DNA of 35,914 nucleotides, taken from assembly GCF_001194135.2 (NCBI RefSeq), contig NC_068984.1:18697258-18733171 (forward strand). The letters are read 5' to 3'. The notes under the pieces are model-generated. The model was given only the letters and a program-made list of their open reading frames with translations, had not been told where the DNA came from and made no database searches. Position 1 is the first letter of the stretch. Each line of letters begins with the position of its first letter. Source of the DNA: Octopus bimaculoides. Taxonomy: Eukaryota. Below are positions 1 through 9,745 of this stretch, piece after piece. The position numbers and the translations under genes were made by a program.

Positions 1-348
1 AAAAATTTAGATTTAGATGAATATGGTACTTAAATTGAGGCACCAGAACTTAGTACGGTATTATCCATACAATTTCAAAGTAAGGTGATTAAAATCAAAA
101 TAAGCAACAAGGATATCCAGAGGTAATGCAGTATGATCGCTTCATTTAATTGAACAATGCAATCATTACATCAATGTAGTAGAGTTATTCTAAGTAACTC
201 TACTACAACATATAAGTTACTCTAAGTAACTTATATGCTGTAGTAGAGGCAACATGCTCTTTGTCTCTCTCCTTAACTTCTTGGAGATTTTAGGTATAAT
301 TATACTAATGTGTCCATCTGTTCTAATTTAATTAAATTCTATGTCTTT

Positions 349-437
349 GTGCAGCTGAGGATTGCTCTGCATTTTAAATTGATGTAATGATTGCATTGTT
401 CAATTAAATGGAGTTGCATGAAACGATCGTACTGCAT
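349..437 (+). ncRNA. Minimal type I hammerhead ribozyme motif (HHR1), Penelope-like/retrozyme type
   Basis: Helix I TGCAG(350-354)/CTGCA(432-436); CTGAGGA 355-361; GAAA 420-423; palindromic helix III ACGATCGT; GUA cleavage triplet 429-431; helix II weak (TGC/GCA). Confidence 0.75.
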
Positions 438-556
438 TACCTCTGGATATCCTTGTTGCATATTTTGATATATATATATATATGTGTGTGTGTGTGTATA
501 TATATATATATGTGTGTATATATATATATATAACATTTTGTTTTACCTGTTTATAT

Positions 557-654
557 GTTTAAAATTTACCTGATGATGGCAGGTTTTTTTCCATCATGTA
601 ATCTAAGAATGCATCAATAAAGTGCTGTCAAAACAGCTGTTGTGAATTTTAAAC
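557..654 (+). ncRNA. Degenerate minimal type I hammerhead ribozyme motif (HHR2)
   Basis: 13-bp helix I (557-569/642-654, one G-U); CTGATGA 570-576; helix II GGCAG/CTGTC; GAAA mutated to AAAA (630-633); palindromic helix III AACAGCTGTT; GUU triplet 639-641. Confidence 0.75.
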
Positions 655-744
655 TCCACTTGTGTCCTTGTTCATATATATATGTGCATGTATATATATT
701 TATGTATTATATATGTGAGTGTGTGTATGGGGGGGGGGTGTAGT

Positions 745-963
745 TTGTCTTGTCTTGATATTGTCATTCATTTCCAATATACTGCAAAAACATGTCTGGT
801 CAAGGGGAAATATTACCTTACTTGGAAACAGGTGAGGGTTGGTGACAAGAAGAGCATTCAGCAGTAGAAAATCTACCTCAATGAACTCCATCTGACCCAT
901 GCAAGCATGGAAAAGTGGATGAGATAATGATGATGATGATGATGGTGATGGTGATGATGATGG

Positions 964-998
<35 letters not shown>

Positions 999-1011
999 AT
1001 GATGATGATGA
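745..1011 (+). mobile_element. SINE with (ATG)n tail (family B' variant)
   Basis: cttggaaacaggtgagggttggtgacaagaagagcat core; gacccatgcaagcatggaaaagtgg tail plus (ATG)n 926-1011; homologous to 5630-5820 and 25760-25952. Confidence 0.75.
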
Positions 1012-1905
1012 ACTTAATGGATGTTCACATTGTTTTATGGAACTAATATTTTCAATTATATCTTCAATTTCATTCCATAGTTTAAAGGTTGTTGAAAGTG
1101 CATCAGCCAAGTACATAGTATGACAAGCAGAATAATATTAGAGATTGGATTTTAATGTCATATGGAAAGTGTAAAATTTTATCTCAAAAATTCAAAGAAT
1201 CTAAGTTACATTCAATATTCTTTTAATTCCAAACGTGGATTCAAACCTTGAATATGCAAATGGCAGAGTAAGTAACCTTTGAATGTGAAGACAATATGAC
1301 TGCCACGAGAAGCCACAGTAAGAAGAATATATAAAATTGGTTTTCTTTGAATAAATAGAGAACAGATTATTTTTTTATACCTTAGATATTGAATTTACAC
1401 GAGGATTTTATATTCAATATGCAAAAATATGGATTATGTCTTGAATGTTAATATTGTCTTTTGGAATATTGCAGTTGCTTTGAACTTTCAGACAGTGGAT
1501 ATTATCTCAGAACTGCAGCAGTGGGTTTTCTTTCAGAGTGGATGTAATGAATATATTTTAAAGCGAATATATAAAGAGGGGAATTTTTACCTTGAAAATG
1601 CAAAATAATTGATTAATAGATCATACACCACCTTGAATATATGGAAAATAAGTTTTAGCTTTAAGATGCAGGAAGGGGATTTTTATCTTGCAGGAAAATA
1701 TACAAGGTAGAATATTCCTTAAATATGTAAAAATGTTGATTTGTATATACAAAAGAAGAAACGGTAGATAAATAAAAAAAAAATTAATTAAAAAAAAAGG
1801 AATTTACCTTAAATGTGCAACTTGTATGTTTTATGAACAATATACAGGAAGAAATATATTTTGAATAGGCAAAGAGAGCATATTTACCTCTAATATATAT
1901 ATATA

Positions 1906-2340
1906 GTGCAGGCATGACTGTGTGGTAAGTAGCTTGCTTACCAACCACATGGTTCTGAGTTCAGTCCCACTGTGCAGCACCTTGGCCCAGTGTCTTCTAC
2001 TATAGCCTTGGACCGACCAAAGCCTTGTGAGTGGATTTGGTAGACGGAAACTGAAAGAAGCCCGCCGTATATATGTATATATATATGTGTGTGTGTGTTT
2101 GTGTGTGCGTGTTTGTGTGTGTGTGTGTGTTTGTGTGTTTGTGTTTGTCCTCCATCATTGCTTGACAACCGATGCTGGTGTGTTTACATCCCTGTAACTT
2201 AGCAGTTCAGGAAAAGAGATTAATAGGATAAGTACTAGGCTCACAAAGAATAAGTCCTGGGCTTGATTTGTTCGACTAAAAGCGGTGCTCCAGCATGGCC
2301 GCAGTCAAATGACTGAAGCAAATAAAATAATAAAAGAATA
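1906..2340 (+). mobile_element. Near full-length tRNA-derived SINE, family A
   Basis: Head gtggtaagtagcttgcttaccaaccacatggttctgagttcagtccc (A/B-box-like), internal (TA)/(TG)n, tail cagtcaaatgactgaagcaaataaaa; many copies in window. Confidence 0.85.
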
Positions 2341-2354
2341 CGAGAATATATCCA

Positions 2355-2505
2355 GCATAGCTTTGCAGGTAAGTTTGCTTTCCATCCATTTGGTGCTGGG
2401 TTCAATCCTACTGTATGGCACCTTGGGCAAATGTCTTCTACAATAGCCTTAGGCCAAGCAAAACTATGTGAGTGAATTTGGTTTGCAGAAACTAAAAGTG
2501 TATAT
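2355..2505 (+). mobile_element. Family A SINE, degenerate 5' part
   Basis: gggttcaatcctactgtatggcaccttgggcaaatgtcttctac. Confidence 0.7.
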
Positions 2506-3558
2506 GTGCGCATGGCAAAAGGGTCTGGGCCCCTTAGATATATACTCCCTCCCTCACACACACACACTCACATATAGTGAGGTCATTTTCACTTAAATTT
2601 TATATATGTTGATGACACCTTGAATATACACCACCATGAATAATTAACTGGGGCTCAGACATGGCTGTGAAGTTTTTAGTTTGCTTCCTAGTCCAGTCCA
2701 TGTAGTTCTGGGTTCAGTCCTAGTTTGCAGCACCTTAAGTATGTTTCTTCTAAGCTTCTTCTATTCAAGCTTAGTGAAATAAAAGTGGGTCGACTGAGAC
2801 TGTCCAATGGCTTTGTACCTATTCTTATGTGGTGTGGAGAACTTGATTCATAACCTGCTTTAACACTATATCCTGGTTTTTAGATGCCTTGAGTGTATTT
2901 CACTCTGCTACAAGCATTTGCATTGGTTTTCCAAACTATGGATGACCCAGGTATTGTGCTTTTGCCCCTTCCTTTTAGTTACCAGTCTTGAAACCCTACA
3001 AAAGGGCCATAGGCGATGTTTTCTTTCTGCTGACTAAACCCACCACCACCACCACCAATAACAACAACAACAACAACAATAGTGTATATACTTTAAGTAT
3101 GATACATAGATGGCTGTTTCAAATTCATGAGCATATCTAAACCTCCAATATTTAGAGATGATTTTTACAACGTATAGATGAATATGCAAATTTCCTTGTG
3201 TATGTTGCAAAGATTAAATTATTCTTGAAATATGCTGAATAATAACATTGAATATGCACATACTTTACATTTGACCTTGAAGAAGAAAATAGAATTTGCT
3301 TTGAATATGCAAATTTTCTATGAATACACAAACATTAAAATTAACTTTGAAGATACAAATAACATATTTTCTATTAATATGTAGGAAGTGGATTTCTCCT
3401 CAAATAGGTAAATGTGTAACAAGAGGTTTTACTTTCAATAAAGAGTGTATATAAACATATTAACATATTCTGTGTAATTTTATACTGTATCTATGTTCTT
3501 TAGGGATTTATCTTGAGTGTGAGGAAATTAGATTTTAGCTTCAATATGTTGAGCTAAA

Positions 3559-3978
3559 GAAGGTAGCAAGCTGGCAGAAACGTTAGTATGTCGGACGAAA
3601 TACTTAGCGGTATTTTGTCTGCCGCTACGTTCTGAGTTCAAATTTTGCCGAGGTCAACTTTGCCTTTCATCCTTTCAGGGTCGATAAATTAAGTACCAGT
3701 TACACACTGGGGTCGATGTAATCGATTTAATCTCTTTGTCCCTCTATCTTTAGCCCCTTGTCGGTAATAAAGAAATAAGAAACGTTACCATGTTGGGCAA
3801 AATGCTTAGTGATATTTCGTCTGCCGTTACGTTCTGAGTTCAAATTCCGCTGAGGTCGACTTTACCTTTCATCCTTTTGGGATTGATAAATTAAGTACCA
3901 GTTGTGTACTGGGGTTGATCTAATCAACTGTCCCACTCTTCCTCCAAAATTTCGGGCCTTGTGCCTAGTGTAAAAAAG
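3559..3978 (+). mobile_element. Composite (dimeric or nested) family C SINE with 16-bp TSD
   Basis: Two gagttcaaatt...ctttcatcc...gataaattaagtaccagt cores with different tails; TSD AATATGTTGAGCTAAA at 3543-3558 and 3979-3994. Confidence 0.88.
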
Positions 3979-4114
3979 AATATGTTGAGCTAAAACTTGG
4001 ATAATGGATTTGACTATGAATGCTTAGGAAGGATCTTTTACCCTGCTCATATTCACCTTGAACTTTGACCTCATATCTTTGCTTTTTTTGAAACATGGAA
4101 GCCACATATTCACC

Positions 4115-4390
4115 TTATCAACAAGACACCTGCTCCTGTCCCTCTGTCATACTTTCATATCCCTCAATACTATACTCCTCTCAGTGGGGGATCTTGCCTT
4201 GCAAGTACTTGGGAACCTCATCAGTGCTGGTGCCATGAAAGAAAGCACCCAGTATACATTCTGTAAAGTGGTTAGTGTTAGGAAAGGCATCTAGCTGCAG
4301 AAATCATGCCAAAGTGGACATTGGAGCTCAGCACAGCCCCCTGGCTTGTCAGTTCCTGCCTAACCTGCTTGGAAAAAAGGGACATTAAAT
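4115..4390 (+). mobile_element. Family B SINE, degenerate
   Basis: gtggttagtgttaggaaaggcatctagctgcagaaa core. Confidence 0.65.
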
Positions 4391-5049
4391 TATAAAGTAT
4401 TAGAGTGGTTTTCTGAGGGATATGCAGGAAATTTATTTTTGTAGAGTACAGAATATTCCTTAAATAATCAGAGAGTGATTTTCCCCCTTCTACGTAGAAA
4501 GTGAATTATACCTTGGATTTGATTAAATTTGATTTTAACTTATTATATGAATAAATTGGATTATAGCTGTAGTTTGACAAATGGATTTTAGTTTTATTAT
4601 GCTGGTTTCAATATTTAATATTGAATGTAGTTTAACCTTAAATTTACACATGATGGATCTTTATACTCAATAACAATTCAGTGTATTTAAATTGGAATAT
4701 TAAAAAAGGATATTAAACTTGTCTATACATAGTGTATATATTACTTTAAATAAACAAATTGGATTTTATCATGAAGAACAAATTTTACTTTGAATAAACA
4801 GAAAGTGCTTTTCCACTGAGAGCATTTCCTTTGTGCCTGTACATTATGATCCTTGCCTCATCAAGCATTTTCTATGTCGTATACTCCAAACACCCATCCT
4901 CCCATCACTCTCCGAACTATGGCACTATACGATGATGGTTTCACATTTATTCAGAGTATAGTCACTGTATAACACAACAATGTATATTTGTTATATTTGA
5001 AAAGTAATACAACATAGGAAGCATAACACTGTATTTTTGTTTATTTATA

Positions 5050-5205
5050 GCAGATGTGGTTGTGTGTTTAACAAATTTGCTTCCTAACCACATAACTTTG
5101 GGTTCAATCCCACTGTGGCATTTTGAGCAAATGTCTTCTACTGAAGCCCCTGGGCTAACCAAAGCATTATAAAAGAAATTGGTTGATAGCAACCAAAAGT
5201 GCATT
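5050..5205 (+). mobile_element. Family A SINE, degenerate 5' part
   Basis: gggttcaatcccactgtggcattttgagcaaatgtcttctac. Confidence 0.65.
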
Positions 5206-5206
5206 G

Positions 5207-5605
5207 TATATGTAGTAAGACATAAATTTATTATTTTCACTGTAGTTTGAGACAGACACTGACCCATTAAGGTTAGTGTTGCAAAAGTTTCAAACATTAA
5301 CTTCTGCCCAAGTCAGAGGCATGTTCAAAAGTAAAAATTAAGTCAGTTGCAGTAAAGATGTTGAACTGTCCACTACTTTCCAACTGCTCTCTCTCTCTCT
5401 CTTAATAGAGCATGGAAAATAGGTAGTGGACTGCTTGATGTCTTTAATGCAACTGACTTAACTTTTACTTCTGAACACGCCTCAGACTTCGGCAGAAGTT
5501 GATGTTTGAAACTTTCACATCACTAACCTTAACAGGTCAGCATCTGTCTCAAATAACTAACTTGAATTACAGTGAAAACAATAAATTTATGTCATATTAC
5601 ATATA
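5207..5605. repeat. Long imperfect palindrome (fold-back, MITE-like), arms ~175-190 bp
   Basis: 5207-5382 is reverse-complementary to 5413-5605 at roughly 80 percent; (CT)n-containing loop; TA-rich ends. Confidence 0.85.
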
Positions 5606-5629
5606 TATTATTAGTGTGTGTTTTTTTTT

Positions 5630-5820
5630 GTCTTGACTTTGCACAATAATTGTAAAGAGCATCTTTGTCATGTTACCAATCTTTTATTATAACATATCTG
5701 GCCATGGGGATATATTGCCTTGCTTGGAAACAGGTGAGTGTTGGTGACAAGAAGGGCATCTGGCTGTAGAAAATCTGCCTCATCGAATTCCATCTGACAC
5801 ATGTTAAAATGATGATGATT
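5630..5820 (+). mobile_element. Family B' SINE fragment
   Basis: gcttggaaacaggtgagtgttggtgacaagaagggcatctggctgtagaaaatctgcc plus (ATG)n. Confidence 0.7.
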
Positions 5821-6209
5821 TAGAACAATGACAGAATACGAATAGTTGATCCTTTATGAAGGGCCATTTATTATTGACATAGTTGATCTGCTTTGAATCA
5901 AAATAGTTCAGCCTTTCCCTGACCAGAGAACAAACCCTTATATCAGTGATTTTCAACCAGGTCCATAAGATTTAGGGGGTCTACATAAGCAAATTAGTAA
6001 ATTGGGCCCACAGTAATATTATATGGATCCATGAAAAAATCTAGCTTTAGACGTATTTATTGCAAAAAAAACAGCTATGTTCCTTTCTCTGATGTTTTAC
6101 ATTGTTCAGCTTTCACAAGTGAATGTATAGAAAAACAAAATAGGAATTTTGAAAGGAGCTTCTATTAAACTAGTTTTATCTAAAGCCAGAACCATTGCTT
6201 TATATTAAC

Positions 6210-6375
6210 AGGTAAGTAGCTTGCTTACCAACCACATGGTTCCAGGTTCAGTCCCACTGAGTGGCACCTTGGCCCAGTGTCTTCTACTATAGTCTTGGGC
6301 CGACCAAAGCCTTGTGAGTGGATTTGGTATACGGAAACTGAAAGAAGCCCGTCATATATATATATATATATATGT
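6210..6375 (+). mobile_element. Family A SINE 5' half
   Basis: Nearly identical to 1925-2075. Confidence 0.85.
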
Positions 6376-6544
6376 TTGTGTATATGTTTGTACTAGTATG
6401 TTTTCTACACCACCTGTCTTCGTCTTTTGTGAATTCTCACTATATGTATATATATATATTGAAAAAAGACTGTAATAGCAATGGTAAGTTTATTTATTTC
6501 CACCTGAGTTAAATATTTCCAAAACTTCAATTTGGGTTTGCTGA

Positions 6545-6770
6545 AAAGCTAAATGGCATCAAATTTTGGTCCGAGGTCAGCAATTTGAAGGGAGGGGGAT
6601 AAATCCAATACATTGACCCCAATGTTCTATTGATAATTATTTTACTGATCTTGAAAAGTTAAAAGGCAAAGTCAAGCTTGGTAGAATTTGAACCCAGAAC
6701 ATAAAGAGTCAGAAGTGCTGCTAAACATTTTGCCTGACTTGCTCATGATTCTATCAGGTCACCATCTTCT
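6545..6770 (-). mobile_element. Family C SINE, degenerate
   Basis: Reverse complement of the ctttgcctttt...gggtcaatg core and tRNA-like head. Confidence 0.65.
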
Positions 6771-6924
6771 ATTGAAAAGCTAACTCAAACCTTTGAAAAA
6801 AGAAAATGAAATTTCAAGCATCATTTTATTTGATTAAAATCCATGGGTTTCCAAAACATTGTTTAGTGCCAGTTAAAATGTCAGCCAATAAGTGTAAGCA
6901 ACACAATTCTTAGTTCATTTATCT

Positions 6925-6930
6925 TTTATT
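6925..6930 (-). terminator. Candidate distal poly(A) signal
   Basis: AATAAA at the end of a long U-biased (minus strand), SINE-poor tract. Confidence 0.3.
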
Positions 6931-6953
6931 GTAAAATACAAATTAAGAAGAAA

Positions 6954-6958
<5 letters not shown>

Positions 6959-6992
<34 letters not shown>
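6959..6992. repeat. Poly(A) homopolymer, 34 nt
   Basis: Direct reading. Confidence 0.95.
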
Positions 6993-6995
<3 letters not shown>

Positions 6996-7709
6996 GGTAA
7001 GTAATTAATGTACACATTATATACCCTACCACAATCACCAAAATTGGTAAGATAATTAAATTAAAATGCTCTAAAACATATTACTAAGAGTTTTATACAG
7101 ACAGTTGACAAAACTAAATATAAAGATCTTGAGTAAAAGTAGGTTCAGGTTTGGAAAGACATATACAAAGAAGAAATGGAAATAACTGCTTTCCTGGAAC
7201 AATAATATACAATCATTCTGTTTATTACATAGCCACAAATATTCTGAGACTAGTGATTCTTCAAAGTAATCACTTTTCTATTTAGTCCAGACCAATAAGA
7301 CAAGCAGAATCCAGGAATAAAAAAAATCTACAGACATTTCTTATAACTCTGTTCAATGATTTGCATTTCTTTCCAAAGTGTAATGTAGGTTAAAAATGGT
7401 GAATCTTTTGCTGTAATCACTTATAAAAAAAGATATTTCAGGATAACATTGTCTATACTTATTTGTTTGTTTTACTAGGAATATTTTTGAAGAAGAAATA
7501 AACATCACTATACATAATTTCAAACTGAATGAGGTTATGGTGGATTAGTGTTAAATCTAGTATTAGTGGCTGCAATAGATAAAGTGAGTTAATCAGATAG
7601 TTTGGAGTATAGGGAGGGTTTCTGATACTGAAAGAATGTTGTAACATGTTAATTATCAGTGAGCTCTGGCATCAAGAGAGCCTATTTAGAAGTACACACA
7701 CACATACAC

Positions 7710-7751
<42 letters not shown>

Positions 7752-7916
7752 CCATTATATACATATATATTAATGTTGAGTTATAAAAACAATTTAACAT
7801 TAAGCTGAAGAATTACTCAATATTCTTTTTAGAGTACATATCTATGTACTTCTTTTTAAGAGTACATATTTTATAAGAGTGACAGCGACCTCAATGTTTA
7901 TGCTCGCCAGCCTTAT

Positions 7917-7974
<58 letters not shown>

Positions 7975-9087
7975 TTCATCCAAGATTGAGACAAGTACCA
8001 ATGTTCCATGTGGCAAGCCTGATAATTGTTAAGACTTCTCACAGCATAAAACCAATGGTAGCCTTGTTAATCCCCAAATAAAGAATATTTATCCACTGAT
8101 GCAGTGTTGAGCACTCATTATCACTTTTTGATATTATACATATAATATATATGTGAGAGAGAGAGGGAGGGATACAAGAAATAATAAGCAGACAGATGGG
8201 AAAAATATATATTTACGAAAGGAAATTGATGAAACATAAATGTCTAAATGACTACAATGACACACAGACACAACAAAACACAGAAGACAATAAGCCCCAG
8301 TAGTTAGGTTTATTTCAGTCAGAGCTCAACTGGATCATACCTTATGTAGCTCAACTGGGTAGGAGCATTTCATTCAAATATGTACAATATGCGGCTGATG
8401 TGCTTCATCCTATGAGTTTGTAATTAAAATAATAGGGCTGTTATATAGTATCAATTATTATTATCATCATCATTATTATTATTAGTAGTAATAGAGTTAT
8501 GAAATTAGGTGATAGACATTTTAAAGAGAATATATTTCTTTAAAAAAATAATGAAGATAGAAAAACAATGTAGGATGGGGTCGGAATAAAACAACCTGGC
8601 ATTGAAGTTATCTAAGATATAAGAACATTGTTCAGAGAAAGACTTCATTTTGCACAACACTTTGAACATTACAAGGCAGATGTATTGGAAGAAATGGGTT
8701 TGATATTAGTCACACTCAGTAAAATCATATGGTTTCTTTTTAGGTAGAAAATATAGAAATATATTATTCTAGATTGACTGTTATATGCGGAAAATGTAAA
8801 ATTCTAATTAGGAGTTCTCACCCAACTTCTTTACCAAAATACAAAACTTAATAGAATCAACAACTGACTAAGAATTACGTAATTAAGATTTATAAACAAT
8901 ACCATTTCTTTCCTGCTGCAAATGCAAAAACACAATAAGCTAGACAATTGACACTTTTGAAGCAGATATCTTAACCAGTAGAGTGTAAAGACTTACAGCA
9001 TAAATACATTGTATCAAAAAAGAGAAAAACAAACAGATTACATTAGAAAGTAGCAAATATGTGGTTTTGAAGGTTATTTTGCAACTA

Positions 9088-9250
9088 CTGTATTTGATGG
9101 CCTACAAGACGCACCTTTTTTTACCCAAAAATGACTTTAAAAATCCCCGTGTCCAATGCACTCAATGTAGGCTCAAAACAGTATGTATGCTTACGAAATG
9201 TGTACTGCCATCTATTGGTGAACAATCGCTAACGGTATGTTTATATTGAA
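9088..9250 (+). mobile_element. Tc1/mariner (pogo-like) non-autonomous relic, left end
   Basis: TA|CTGTATTTGATGGCCTACAAGACGCAC resembles pogo-type TIRs of the form CCGTATTT...TATAAGACGCAC. Confidence 0.5.
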
Positions 9251-9419
9251 TGTGGATGCAATAAATTGCTTATAATTACTGGTAATAATATATAGTTATA
9301 CAGGTAAATGGAGGAATTAAAACGTTATTTTAGTGGTAATTCATTTTACAAAAGTATAGCCTAAGCTAGGGGGCATCCTATGCACTTGTGTGTCTTTTCA
9401 GCCATCAAAAACGGTATGT

Positions 9420-9745
9420 TGCTTTGGTCTTGGTCCCACTGCTTGGCATCTTGGGTAAGTATCTTCTACCAAAGCTTTGTGAGTGAATTTGGTAAATAGA
9501 AACTGTGTAGAACCCCATGAATGTATACATATTAATGTCTATGTGTGTGTGTATCTGTCTGTAATTGTCACCCCACCCCATACTGTTTCACAACTGGTGT
9601 TAGTTTCTTTATGTCCCTGTAACTTAACAAAAGGGACCAACAGAATAAGTATTAGATTTTTAAAAAAATCATAAATATGGGTGTTGATTTGTTTGACTAA
9701 AATCCAGCATGGCCACAGTACAATGATTGATACAAGTAAAAAACA
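9420..9745 (+). mobile_element. Family A SINE, degenerate
   Basis: gtgagtgaatttggtaaatagaaactg; tail gactaaaatccagcatggccacagtacaatgattgatacaagtaaaa. Confidence 0.7.

Larger units (their letters stand above)
1230..4830. repeat. Highly degenerate ~27-28 bp tandem array (consensus ~GGAAGTGGATTTTACCTTGAATATGCA), interrupted by SINEs
   Basis: Recurrent motif copies, e.g. 1235-1260, 1403-1426, 1579-1605, 1799-1821, 3291-3313, 3384-3409, 4497-4518, 4761-4808. Confidence 0.65.

Noticed and set aside
6959-6992. 34-nt poly(A) as a possible retrocopy tail
   Set aside because: No upstream processed-gene sequence or TSD; treated as a simple homopolymer.
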